Source: an uncultured Gammaproteobacteria bacterium
Lineage (GTDB): Bacteria > Patescibacteriota > Microgenomatia > Levybacterales > GWA1-39-11
DNA: 64,000 bases
Assembly (NCBI GenBank): GCA_964640435.1
Contig: CAZXFJ010000001.1
Coordinates: 64,542 to 128,541, forward strand
Reading direction: 5' to 3'
Part shown: piece by piece, positions 49,538 through 58,304 of the stretch
Position numbering within the stretch: the stretch's first letter is position 1
How the letters are laid out: every line of letters starts with the position of its first letter
Program-made: the position numbers and the translations under genes
The notes under the pieces: model-generated
What the model was told of the DNA's origin: nothing
What the model saw: the letters and a program-made list of their open reading frames with translations, nothing else
Database searches by the model: none

Positions 49538-50440
49538 ATGAATGTTACAAGTATAATCGGTAAAAAAATTGATCAAACACAAGGCTTTTTAGAAGACGGA
49601 AAACGTGTGCCGCTTTCCGTTATTAACGTGGCTGGAAACGTAGTATCCCAGATCAAAACAGTTGATCATGAGGGATATAATGCAATCCAACTCGGATTTG
49701 ATAATGCAAAGCGCGTTACAAAACCAATCCAAGGACACATTAAGAAAGCGGGTTTGAAAGATACATCACCCCGCTTTTTTCGTGAAAATAGGCTCGTTGA
49801 TGGCCCAGCTGACGTAGAAGTTGGATCACAAATTGTTGTTGCTGAAGTTTTTGAACCAGGAGACATTGTTGATGTTACAGGAACAAGCAAGGGTAAAGGA
49901 TACGCAGGAGTTGTTAAGAAATTTAGATTTGCTGGAGGACCAAAAACTCACGGACAATCAGACCGACATCGTGCGCGTGGATCAAGTGGATCAGGTACAA
50001 CTCCAGGTCGTGTTTACAAGGGTAAAAAAATGTCTGGACGTATGGGTAATGAGCAGGTAACTGTTAAAAACTTAGAAGTTTTGGGAATTGATGGAGACAC
50101 GCTTTTAGTTCGTGGACTTATTCCAGGAATTAAGGGAGCAGTTGTTTTTGTTAAAAAAGTTGGAAAAAACAAAAAATTCGTTCCACTATGGAGCGAGAAA
50201 AAAGAGGAAGTAGTTGAAGAAACTCCAGTTGAGGAAACAGTAGCCCCAGTTGAAGAGGTAAAGACAGCAGAAGAAACAGTTGAAACTCCAGAAGAAACTG
50301 TAGCAACAGCAGAAGAGACTGTTAGTACACCTGAAGAAACCGTTGAAACAGCTGAGGAAACTGTAAAAACTGAAGAAGCACCATCTGAAGAAGCTGTTGA
50401 GGTTAAAGAAGAAGTAAAGGAAGGAGAACAAAATGCCTAA
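49538..50440 (+). CDS. rplC: 50S ribosomal protein L3 with acidic repeat tail
   Basis: GYNAIQLG, DVTGTSKGKGYAG, THGQSDRHR and GRVYKGKKMSG. Confidence 0.97.
   Translation: MNVTSIIGKKIDQTQGFLEDGKRVPLSVINVAGNVVSQIKTVDHEGYNAIQLGFDNAKRVTKPIQGHIKKAGLKDTSPRFFRENRLVDGPADVEVGSQIVVAEVFEPGDIVDVTGTSKGKGYAGVVKKFRFAGGPKTHGQSDRHRARGSSGSGTTPGRVYKGKKMSGRMGNEQVTVKNLEVLGIDGDTLLVRGLIPGIKGAVVFVKKVGKNKKFVPLWSEKKEEVVEETPVEETVAPVEEVKTAEETVETPEETVATAEETVSTPEETVETAEETVKTEEAPSEEAVEVKEEVKEGEQNA
50264..50368 (+). repeat. Five degenerate 21-nt repeats encoding T[AP]EETVx in the L3 tail
   Basis: TAEETVE TPEETVA TAEETVS TPEETVE TAEETVK. Confidence 0.85.
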
Positions 50441-51140
50441 AAAAGTAGAAGAAAAACAAGTTAAAGCAAAAGCAGTAAAAGCAGAGCCAGTTAAAAAAAC
50501 TGTAGTAAAAGAAGCAGGTTTAACTGTTGATGTATTTGGAATGGATGGAGTAAAGAAGGGAACTGTTGTACTTTCAAAAGAAATTTTTGGAGCAAAATTA
50601 AATGAAAAATTAGTTCTTCAAGCTCTTCGTGTTTACATGGTTAACCAAAGACAGGGTACAGCAAATACAAAAACACGTGGTGAAGTTATTGGATCAACAA
50701 GAAAGATCTACAGACAAAAAGGCACAGGTCGTGCACGTCACGGTGCTATAAAGGCTCCTATCTTTGTTGGTGGAGGTATAGCTTTTGGTCCAAGAGCACG
50801 TACTTTTGAACTTAAATTGTCAAAGCAAATGAAGAAAAAGGCACTTTTCTCAGCACTTTCTTCAAAACTTGCTGATAACAAAGTTTTTGTTATTGACGGA
50901 GCTTCAGCAACAGGAAAAACAACAGAGGTAGCAAAAATGCTTAAAAAGCTTAACGTATCAGGTAGATTATTGTTTGTAGCAACAGATTCAGCAGCAAGAG
51001 CAGCAAGGAACATTAAAGGTGTTGTTCTTGAAGCACCACATTCAATAAATACTTATGAGGTTGTTAATAGCAAGTTTTTAGTAGTTGAAAAGAGTGCTAT
51101 TGAAAAAATGGAGAAAAACTTCTTAGGAGGAGATAAATAA
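50433..51140 (+). CDS. rplD: 50S ribosomal protein L4
   Basis: RQGTANTKTRGEV and RQKGTGRARHG. Confidence 0.97.
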   Translation: MPKKVEEKQVKAKAVKAEPVKKTVVKEAGLTVDVFGMDGVKKGTVVLSKEIFGAKLNEKLVLQALRVYMVNQRQGTANTKTRGEVIGSTRKIYRQKGTGRARHGAIKAPIFVGGGIAFGPRARTFELKLSKQMKKKALFSALSSKLADNKVFVIDGASATGKTTEVAKMLKKLNVSGRLLFVATDSAARAARNIKGVVLEAPHSINTYEVVNSKFLVVEKSAIEKMEKNFLGGDK

Positions 51141-51141
51141 T

Positions 51142-51468
51142 ATGAGACTAGCATCTGACTTTATCATAAAACCAATTATTTCAGAAAGATCATTTGCTGA
51201 GGCAAAGTCTGATAAATATACGTTTGAAGTTGCTCGTTCAGCTACAAAAACAAATATTAAAAACTCAATTGAAAAACTTTTTGGAGTAAAAGTAATTGGC
51301 GTATACACGACAAATGTTAAAGGAACAAAAAACCGAAGAACAAGATTTGGTATGCAGGCTATTAATGCTTCATACAAAAAAGCACGTGTTCAGCTTGCTA
51401 AAGGTCAAAAAATTGATATTTTTGAAGAGACAACAGATGAGAAAAAGTCTAAGAAAAAGGATAAATAA
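51142..51468 (+). CDS. rplW: 50S ribosomal protein L23
   Basis: PIISERS, YTFEV and YKKARV. Confidence 0.96.
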   Translation: MRLASDFIIKPIISERSFAEAKSDKYTFEVARSATKTNIKNSIEKLFGVKVIGVYTTNVKGTKNRRTRFGMQAINASYKKARVQLAKGQKIDIFEETTDEKKSKKKDK

Positions 51469-51470
51469 AT

Positions 51471-52217
51471 ATGGCAAAAAAATTAATTAAAATATTAAAG
51501 AAAAATTCAGGAAGAGATTCTCAAGGTCACGTTGCGGTTCGTCATCAAGGTGGTCGCTCAAAGAGATTCCTACGTCTTGTTGATTTTAAGAGAAATAAGT
51601 ACGGAGTTGAGGGTAAAGTTATTGCAATAGAATACGATCCAAATAGAACAGCTGATATTGCTCTTATTCAATATAAAGATGGAGAGAAAAATTATATTTT
51701 AGCTCCACTTGGACTTAAGGCTGGAGATAAAGTTATTTCAAGTGAAGCAGCTGATGTGAGAATTGGAAATGCATTACCACTTGATTTCATTCCTGTTGGA
51801 CAACCAATTCACAATGTTGAGCTTAGCCGTGGACGTGGTGGACAGATAGCACGTTCTGCCGGAGATCAGGCATTTATTATGGCAAAAGAAGCTGGATATG
51901 CGCACGTTAAGATGCCTTCAGGTGAGGTCCGCAAGATTTTTGCACAAAATTTTGCTACAATTGGCCAGCTTGGTAAAGTTGACTGGAAAGATCGAGTCTT
52001 GGGTAAAGCAGGAGCTTCCCGTCACGCAGGAATAAGACCTTCAGTTCGTGGAGTTGCAATGAACCCTTCATCTCATCCTCATGGAGGAGGAGAAGGACGC
52101 TCTGGTATTGGACTTAAATCTCCAAAGACTTACGCAGGTCGTAAAGCTGTTGGAAAGACAAGACAACCTAAAAAGTATTCAAATAAATTTATACTTAAGA
52201 GAAGGGGAGTTAAATAA
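51471..52217 (+). CDS. rplB: 50S ribosomal protein L2 (N-terminally short)
   Basis: IEYDPNRTA and [17 protein letters not shown]. Confidence 0.97.
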   Translation: MAKKLIKILKKNSGRDSQGHVAVRHQGGRSKRFLRLVDFKRNKYGVEGKVIAIEYDPNRTADIALIQYKDGEKNYILAPLGLKAGDKVISSEAADVRIGNALPLDFIPVGQPIHNVELSRGRGGQIARSAGDQAFIMAKEAGYAHVKMPSGEVRKIFAQNFATIGQLGKVDWKDRVLGKAGASRHAGIRPSVRGVAMNPSSHPHGGGEGRSGIGLKSPKTYAGRKAVGKTRQPKKYSNKFILKRRGVK

Positions 52218-52219
52218 TT

Positions 52220-52504
52220 ATGTCAAGATCAATTAAAAAAGGACCATTTATAGATGAGAAATTAATGAAGAAAGTTCAGGCTCAAAAGGCTGCTGGAAAA
52301 GTAGATCCAATTAAAACTTGGGCAAGAGCTTGTCAGATTCCGCCAGAGTTTGTTGGACACACATTTTTAGTTCACAATGGTAAGAATCACATAACTGTAA
52401 AAGTAGTTGAAAATATGGTTGGACACAGACTTGGAGAGTTTGCGCCAACAAGACTATTTAGAGGTCACGGAAGAATTGTTGCTCGTGAGATTTCAAAGAC
52501 ATAA
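52220..52504 (+). CDS. rpsS: 30S ribosomal protein S19
   Basis: RSIKKGPF and [13 protein letters not shown]. Confidence 0.98.
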   Translation: MSRSIKKGPFIDEKLMKKVQAQKAAGKVDPIKTWARACQIPPEFVGHTFLVHNGKNHITVKVVENMVGHRLGEFAPTRLFRGHGRIVAREISKT

Positions 52505-52511
52505 AAATAAT

Positions 52512-52943
52512 ATGGAATATATAGCAATTGCAAAAAATATTAAAATTAGCCCTCGTAAAATGAGGTTAGTTGCTAATGAGGTTAAGAAGCAAAACATTTC
52601 AAATGCCCTTGCGTCTTTAACTGTTATGAATAAGCGTGCAGCAGGACCAATTCAAAAGGCCTTGAATTCTGCAATTGCCAATGCAGCAAACAATTTCAAT
52701 GCACGCAAAGATGCGCTATCAATTCATGACATAATAATAACCGAAGGGCTAGCAGCAAAAAGATTTCATTTTGCAGGACGTGGACGTTCACGCCCATACA
52801 AAAGACGCCAAAGTCACATAAGAGTAGTTTTGACAGATGGAAGCAAAGCAGCACAGGCACCAGTAGTTCAAGGTGAAGTTGTAAACGAAAAAGTAGAAGC
52901 AAAAGAAGTAAAGGCTGAAACAAAGAAAGGAAAGAGCAAATAA
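52512..52943 (+). CDS. rplV: 50S ribosomal protein L22
   Basis: ISPRKMRLVA, SAIANA and SHIRVV; start at the ATG at 52512. Confidence 0.96.
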   Translation: MEYIAIAKNIKISPRKMRLVANEVKKQNISNALASLTVMNKRAAGPIQKALNSAIANAANNFNARKDALSIHDIIITEGLAAKRFHFAGRGRSRPYKRRQSHIRVVLTDGSKAAQAPVVQGEVVNEKVEAKEVKAETKKGKSK

Positions 52944-53581
52944 TGGGACAAAAAGTTAATCCAATAGCATTAAGACTTGGAATACACCACGGCTTCAAAA
53001 GCACAGGTTACTATTCTAAGAAAACTTACGCAATAACTGTATTGCAAGATATTAAATTGCGCGAAGAATTACTTAAAAAGCTAAAGCAGGCTGGAGTTGG
53101 AGACGTCATTATTGAGAGATCTCTATCAAGCATTAGGATAACTGTTTATGTTACTCGTCCAGGTATCGTTATTGGACGCGGAGGAACAGGAATTGAAACT
53201 CTTAAAAAGGATGTTGTTCGTATGCTTGGAGTAAAAACAAATGACAAGAATGCTAAAAAGGTTGAGCTTAAGGTTGAACCAATCAAGGAGCCAAATCTAA
53301 ATGCATACCTTGTAGCTGTAAATATTTGTGATCAGCTTCTTCGCCGTATTCCACACAGACGTGCGATGAAGCAGTCAGTTGATAAAGTTATGGCATCAGG
53401 TGGAAAAGGTGTGAGAATTATTCTTTCAGGAAGAATTGGTGGAGCGGAAATTGGAAGAAAAGAGCGTTTACAGGCTGGAAAAGTATCATTATCTACAATT
53501 CGTGAGAATATTGATTACGCTGAGGTACCTGCTCTAACAAAGAGTGGATACGTAGGAGTCAAAGTTTGGATAAATAAATAA
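52943..53581 (+). CDS. rpsC: 30S ribosomal protein S3
   Basis: [17 protein letters not shown] and GVKVWI. Confidence 0.98.
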   Translation: MGQKVNPIALRLGIHHGFKSTGYYSKKTYAITVLQDIKLREELLKKLKQAGVGDVIIERSLSSIRITVYVTRPGIVIGRGGTGIETLKKDVVRMLGVKTNDKNAKKVELKVEPIKEPNLNAYLVAVNICDQLLRRIPHRRAMKQSVDKVMASGGKGVRIILSGRIGGAEIGRKERLQAGKVSLSTIRENIDYAEVPALTKSGYVGVKVWINK

Positions 53582-53585
53582 AAAT

Positions 53586-53999
53586 ATGTTAACACCTAGA
53601 CGTACAAAATATAGAAAACAATTTAAACCAAGGGTCGCTGGAAAAGTAGCTTTGGCTGGTAACAAGGTGTCATTTGGTGAATTTGGGCTACGTGCTGAAG
53701 CATCTGGAAATATTTCAGCAAGACAAATCGAGGCAGCTCGTAAGTCTATTACCCATTTCACAAAGCGTGGAGGACGTATCTGGATTAGAATTTTCCCAGA
53801 TCGACCAATTACAAAGAAACCACCAGAGACACGTATGGGTGGAGGAAAAGGTGACATTTTTCAATATGTTGCACCAGTAAAACTTGGAAGAGTTTTATTT
53901 GAAATGTCTGGAGTACCAGAAAACGTTGCAAGGGAGGCTTTGAGACTTGCATCATATAAGTTGCCTGTAAAAAGTAAATTTGTGACACGAGAAATATAA
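53586..53999 (+). CDS. rplP: 50S ribosomal protein L16
   Basis: QIEAAR, WIRIFPD and RMGGGKG. Confidence 0.98.
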   Translation: MLTPRRTKYRKQFKPRVAGKVALAGNKVSFGEFGLRAEASGNISARQIEAARKSITHFTKRGGRIWIRIFPDRPITKKPPETRMGGGKGDIFQYVAPVKLGRVLFEMSGVPENVAREALRLASYKLPVKSKFVTREI

Positions 54000-54000
54000 T

Positions 54001-54237
54001 ATGAAAAAGAACGATATTGTTGAATTAAGATCAAAAACACGAGATGAGCTTTTAAGAATGCTTACAGATCTTCGTGAGGAAGTGCAAAAGATGGGTATTG
54101 ACAAGGCTCAAGGAAAATTAAAGAATTTAAACGCTGTAAAGCGAAAAAAGAAGGATGTTGCACGTGTATTAACATTTATAAAAATGAAAACAGAAGTTAT
54201 TACAGAAGAAGTAAAGGAGGTAGCTGCTGCAAAATAA
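54001..54237 (+). CDS. rpmC: 50S ribosomal protein L29
   Basis: Position after rplP; ELR...KKDVARVLT. Confidence 0.93.
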   Translation: MKKNDIVELRSKTRDELLRMLTDLREEVQKMGIDKAQGKLKNLNAVKRKKKDVARVLTFIKMKTEVITEEVKEVAAAK

Positions 54238-54251
54238 GCAGTCAAACTAAT

Positions 54252-54503
54252 ATGGCTAAAAAAGTTATAACAGGAAAAGTAGTATCAAACAAAATGCAAA
54301 AAACAGTTGTAGTTGAGGTGGAAAGATTTATAAGTCACCCTATCTACAAAAAACGCATTAGAAAAACAAATAAAATTAAAGCTGACACAAACGGAATGGA
54401 AGTTCCAAATGGTGTAATTGTAAAAATTGAACAAACAAAGCCAATCAGCCGAGATAAATATTTTAAAGTTATAGAAATTGTTAAAGAAGGAGTAAATAAA
54501 TAA
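54252..54503 (+). CDS. rpsQ: 30S ribosomal protein S17
   Basis: [20 protein letters not shown] and KPISRDK. Confidence 0.97.
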   Translation: MAKKVITGKVVSNKMQKTVVVEVERFISHPIYKKRIRKTNKIKADTNGMEVPNGVIVKIEQTKPISRDKYFKVIEIVKEGVNK

Positions 54504-54877
54504 TGGTACAGCACAGAACAATGCTCGTTGTAGCAGACAATTCAGGAGCAAAGATTCTTCAGGTTATCCAAATCTATGGAGGATCAAAGCGACGTAAAGG
54601 TGAACTTGGATCACTTCTTGGTTGTGTTGTTAAAAAAGCTCTACCTAACACTCAATTTAAAAAGGGTGACAAGGTAAAAGCAGTTTTAGTTCGAACACAC
54701 AAAGAGTACAAAAGAGCTGATGGAACATATATCCGCTTCTCTGAGAATGCTGGAGTTATTATTGAAAATGAAAAGAGCAAAAATCCAATAGGAACACGTA
54801 TCTTTGGACCTATTGCAAGAGAAATCAAAGATTTAGGTTATGCAAAGATTGCATCTTTAGCAAACCACGTTGTTTAA
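54503..54877 (+). CDS. rplN: 50S ribosomal protein L14
   Basis: VADNSGAK and [11 protein letters not shown]. Confidence 0.98.
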   Translation: MVQHRTMLVVADNSGAKILQVIQIYGGSKRRKGELGSLLGCVVKKALPNTQFKKGDKVKAVLVRTHKEYKRADGTYIRFSENAGVIIENEKSKNPIGTRIFGPIAREIKDLGYAKIASLANHVV

Positions 54878-54881
54878 ATAT

Positions 54882-55190
54882 ATGAGAATAAAAACAGGAG
54901 ACACAATTAAAGTATTAATAGGAAAAGATAAGGGTAAGACCGGAAAGGTTGAAAGAGTTGATATGGCAAAGGACATGGTTTTAGTTGAAAACATGAATCA
55001 ATTCAAGAGACACTTAAAGTCTCGTGCTCAGAACCAACCATCTGAGATCGTTACTCTTACAAAGCCTTTGAGAAGTGCAAATGTTGCTTTAGTTTGTCCA
55101 AATTGTAAAAAAGTAACACGTGTTGGTGTAAAGATCGAAAAAGATAAAAAAGTGAGAATGTGTAAGAAGTGTAAAAAGGTAATTAACTAA
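54882..55190 (+). CDS. rplX: 50S ribosomal protein L24
   Basis: KOW motif [21 protein letters not shown]; C-terminal CPNC/CKKC. Confidence 0.96.
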   Translation: MRIKTGDTIKVLIGKDKGKTGKVERVDMAKDMVLVENMNQFKRHLKSRAQNQPSEIVTLTKPLRSANVALVCPNCKKVTRVGVKIEKDKKVRMCKKCKKVIN

Positions 55191-55191
55191 T

Positions 55192-55305
55192 ATGAAAGTA
55201 CAAGCTTCAATTAAAAAAAGATGTTTGAAATGTAAAATTATTAAGCGCCGAGGCGTGCTGTTTGTTATTTGTGAAAATCCAAAGCACAAACAACGCCAAG
55301 GATAA
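55192..55305 (+). CDS. rpmJ: 50S ribosomal protein L36 (not in ORF track)
   Basis: Translates as [37 protein letters not shown]. Confidence 0.97.
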   Translation: MKVQASIKKRCLKCKIIKRRGVLFVICENPKHKQRQG

Positions 55306-55334
55306 TTGATAAATCGAGGCTAATAAAGTATAAT
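55306..55334 (+). promoter_or_regulatory. Internal promoter upstream of rplE
   Basis: TTGATA (55306-11), 17 bp, TATAAT (55329-34). Confidence 0.7.
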
Positions 55335-55359
55335 TTAGCTTCGGATAATTATTAAAAAT

Positions 55360-56100
55360 ATGGGAGACTTTAAAAAACAATTTGAAACAGAGACAGTTAA
55401 GAAGCTACAAGAGGAGCTAGGGATTAAAAATCCTATGGCAGTTCCTCATGTGGTGAAAATTATTGTTAACACATCAATGAAAGACTTTTTAACTGACAAA
55501 AGAAACATTGAAAAAATGCGCGAAGATATGGTTTTGATAACCGGACAAATGCCAAAAACAAATAAGGCAAGGATTTCTGTTGCAACATTTAAGCTTCGTG
55601 AGGGTGATGAGATTGGAATGTCAGCAACACTTCGTGGAAAGCGTATGTATGACTTTTTGGAAAAGCTTGTTAAAATAGTTTTCCCAAGAGTTAAAGACTT
55701 TAATGGAGTAAGTGCAAAGTCTTTTGACGGACGTGGAAACTTGAGTATTGGATTTACAGAAAACACAGTATTTTCCGAAATTGATCCTGGAAAAGTAGAC
55801 AAGATTCGTTCTTTGCAAGTTGTTATCGTTACAAATGCAAAAGAAGATGCAAAAGCAAAAGCACTTTTAACAGCAATCGGACTTCCTTTTAAGAAGGGGA
55901 GGCAAACTAATATGGCTAAGAAATCAAACATAGTTAAAAATTTATATACTAAACCAAAGTTTTCGACTAGAAAGAAAAACATTTGTATGTTGTGTGGAAG
56001 GTCACGTGGTTATATGAGATTATTTGGTCTTTGTAGAATTTGTTTCAGAGAAAGAGCGTTGAAAGGAGAGCTTCCAGGAGTTAAAAAAGCTTCTTGGTAA
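55360..56100 (+). CDS. rplE: 50S ribosomal protein L5 read in frame into S14 (L5-S14 fusion ORF as sequenced)
   Basis: L5 motifs ([31 protein letters not shown]) occupy codons 1-184, with no stop before the S14 ATG. Confidence 0.9.
   Translation: MGDFKKQFETETVKKLQEELGIKNPMAVPHVVKIIVNTSMKDFLTDKRNIEKMREDMVLITGQMPKTNKARISVATFKLREGDEIGMSATLRGKRMYDFLEKLVKIVFPRVKDFNGVSAKSFDGRGNLSIGFTENTVFSEIDPGKVDKIRSLQVVIVTNAKEDAKAKALLTAIGLPFKKGRQTNMAKKSNIVKNLYTKPKFSTRKKNICMLCGRSRGYMRLFGLCRICFRERALKGELPGVKKASW
55912..56100 (+). CDS. rpsN: 30S ribosomal protein S14 (zinc type), C-terminal part of the fusion ORF or separately initiated
   Basis: MAKKS...[38 protein letters not shown]; GGAGG lies 9 nt upstream. Confidence 0.95.
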   Translation: MAKKSNIVKNLYTKPKFSTRKKNICMLCGRSRGYMRLFGLCRICFRERALKGELPGVKKASW

Positions 56101-56106
56101 TAAATT

Positions 56107-56493
56107 ATGTATACAATTGGTGACTTTTTAATACAAGTAAAAAACGGATACAGAGCTAATAAAAAGGAAATTGTTTATCCTCGCTCAAACGTCGTTGTAT
56201 CTTTGGCAAAAATTCTTGAAAAAGAAGGATTTGTTTCAAAGGTTAGCGAGAAAGAAGCTGATGGTAAAAAAACATTGCAAATAAGCCTTAAATATGAAGG
56301 ACGCGTGCCTGCAATTAGTGATATAAGACTTATTTCAAAACCATCAGTTCACCTTTATGCTGGTAAATTAAAAGTTAAAAAAGCTATGGGAAGACATGGA
56401 GTGGGAATTGTTTCAACAAGCTCTGGAATGATGACATCAGCTGACGCAGGTAAAAAAGGAGTAGGTGGAGAATTAATCTGCCAAATTTATTAA
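56107..56493 (+). CDS. rpsH: 30S ribosomal protein S8
   Basis: ILEKEGF, ISKPS, IVSTSSG and GVGGELIC. Confidence 0.97.
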   Translation: MYTIGDFLIQVKNGYRANKKEIVYPRSNVVVSLAKILEKEGFVSKVSEKEADGKKTLQISLKYEGRVPAISDIRLISKPSVHLYAGKLKVKKAMGRHGVGIVSTSSGMMTSADAGKKGVGGELICQIY

Positions 56494-56494
56494 T

Positions 56495-57043
56495 ATGAGT
56501 AATATTGCAAAACAACCAGTTAAAGTTGAAGATGGAGTTACGGTTAATTTTTCTGACGGACAAGTAGTAGTTGTTGGTCCAAAAGGAAATCTTAGCTTAA
56601 AAGTTCCAGCTGGAATTAAAGTTACAGTTGAGGATGGAGTTGCTAAAATTGTAAGCGAGTCAGATGCACGAGAGCTTACAAAGTTTGCTGGATTAACACG
56701 TGCTTCAGTTGCAAATATGGTAAAAGGAGTAACGGCTGGTTTTCAGAAGCAACTTGAGCTTACCGGAGTCGGATACAGAGCTCGTGTTGATGGAGTAAAT
56801 CTTGTTTTAAACGTTGGATATGCAACACCTATGACTGTAGTTCCTGTTGAAGGTGTTACAATATCAGTTGCTGAAAATGTAATAACTGTAGCTGGTAGCA
56901 ATAAACAACTTGTAGGAGATGTTGCTGCAAATATTCGTGCAGTAAGACCACCAGATCCATACAAGGGTAAAGGAATAAAATATGTTGGTGAGAAATTAAG
57001 ACGTAAAGTTGGAAAAGCAGCAAAAGCTGTTGGAGGAAAATAA
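56495..57043 (+). CDS. rplF: 50S ribosomal protein L6
   Basis: GPKGNL, GVGYRA and RPPDPYKGKGI. Confidence 0.98.
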   Translation: MSNIAKQPVKVEDGVTVNFSDGQVVVVGPKGNLSLKVPAGIKVTVEDGVAKIVSESDARELTKFAGLTRASVANMVKGVTAGFQKQLELTGVGYRARVDGVNLVLNVGYATPMTVVPVEGVTISVAENVITVAGSNKQLVGDVAANIRAVRPPDPYKGKGIKYVGEKLRRKVGKAAKAVGGK

Positions 57044-57400
57044 ATGCGCGAAATAAGAGTTAAATTAAAAAGACAAAAACAAAGAATTGATAGAACAAGA
57101 AATAAAATCTTGGTTAACAAAACTTTACCAAGGCTTACAGTTTTCCGTTCTAACAAAAATATGTATGCTCAAATTATTGATGATGCTAAAGGTATGACTT
57201 TAGTAGCCGTTAATGGAGCTGATGTTGCAGATGCAAAAGCAAATAAAACTGCAAAAGCAACAGAGCTCGGTCGAAAGATTGCGGAAAAAGCAGTTGCCGC
57301 AAAGATTAAAAATGTTGTTTTTGATCGTGGATCATACAGATATCACGGACGAGTAAAAGCGCTAGCTGATGCTGCTCGAGAAGGAGGCTTAGTTTTCTAA
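57044..57400 (+). CDS. rplR: 50S ribosomal protein L18
   Basis: [10 protein letters not shown] and [24 protein letters not shown]. Confidence 0.98.
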   Translation: MREIRVKLKRQKQRIDRTRNKILVNKTLPRLTVFRSNKNMYAQIIDDAKGMTLVAVNGADVADAKANKTAKATELGRKIAEKAVAAKIKNVVFDRGSYRYHGRVKALADAAREGGLVF

Positions 57401-57401
57401 T

Positions 57402-57860
57402 ATGGATAATAGAAATTATAATCAACAAGCACAGGATCGATCTGAAGAAAAGGTTGTACAGTTAAATCGTGTTTCTAAAAAAACTAAAGGTGGAAACAAA
57501 ATGAGATTTGCAGCGCTTGTTGTTGTGGGAAACAGACAAGGTCGTGTTGGAGTTGGACTTGGTAAATCATCAGACGTTTCAAGTGCAATTATTAAAGGTG
57601 CACAACAAGCAAGAAAACGAATGATTGATGTAAATATTGTTAAAGATACAATTTCACACCCAGTTTTTGTGAAAGTTGGAGCAGCACAAGTTATGCTTAA
57701 GCCAGCTCCTGCAGGAACAGGTATTATTGCAGGTGGAGCAGTACGTGCAGTTGTTGAGGCAGCAGGAATTAAAAATATCTCATCAAAAATTTTGGGAACA
57801 AACAATAAAGCAAGCAATGTTCATGCAACATTTGAAGCATTAACAAGACTTGGTAAATAA
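57402..57860 (+). CDS. rpsE: 30S ribosomal protein S5
   Basis: NRVSKKTKGG and PAPAGTGIIAGG. Confidence 0.98.
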   Translation: MDNRNYNQQAQDRSEEKVVQLNRVSKKTKGGNKMRFAALVVVGNRQGRVGVGLGKSSDVSSAIIKGAQQARKRMIDVNIVKDTISHPVFVKVGAAQVMLKPAPAGTGIIAGGAVRAVVEAAGIKNISSKILGTNNKASNVHATFEALTRLGK

Positions 57861-57861
57861 T

Positions 57862-58299
57862 ATGGAATTACATAAATTAACAAAAACAGTTGATAAAGGA
57901 CTTAGAAGACTCGGTCAGGGTCATGGAACTGGTCGTGGAAAAACTTCAGGACGTGGTACAAAAGGTCAAAATGCAAGAAACAAAGTGCCTGTATTTTTTG
58001 AAGGTGGAGCGCTTCCAATGACAAAAAGACTTCCATTTTTAAGAGGTCGTGGAAGAAATAAAGGACTGGGTAAAAACCCAGTTACTGTTTCTGTAGTAGC
58101 ATTAAACGCTTTTCCAGCAAAATCAATTGTTGATGTTGATGCAATAATTTCAAAGGGTATTGCTTCATCTGATGCTAAAAAGTTTGGTGTAAAAATAATT
58201 GGAAGCGAAGAAATAAAAGTTGCTTTGACTGTAAAAGCTGCTGTAAGTGCTGGAGCAAGAAAGCAAATTGAAAAAGCAGGCGGGACTATTGAAAACTAA
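57862..58299 (+). CDS. rplO: 50S ribosomal protein L15
   Basis: [21 protein letters not shown] and FEGG; it directly follows rpsE with no rpmD between. Confidence 0.97.
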   Translation: MELHKLTKTVDKGLRRLGQGHGTGRGKTSGRGTKGQNARNKVPVFFEGGALPMTKRLPFLRGRGRNKGLGKNPVTVSVVALNAFPAKSIVDVDAIISKGIASSDAKKFGVKIIGSEEIKVALTVKAAVSAGARKQIEKAGGTIEN

Positions 58300-58304
58300 A
58301 AATT

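Noticed and set aside
50264-50368. Tandem repeat considered as a CRISPR array or non-coding VNTR
   Set aside because: It is in frame within rplC, has no spacers, varies at synonymous positions, and no cas genes are present.
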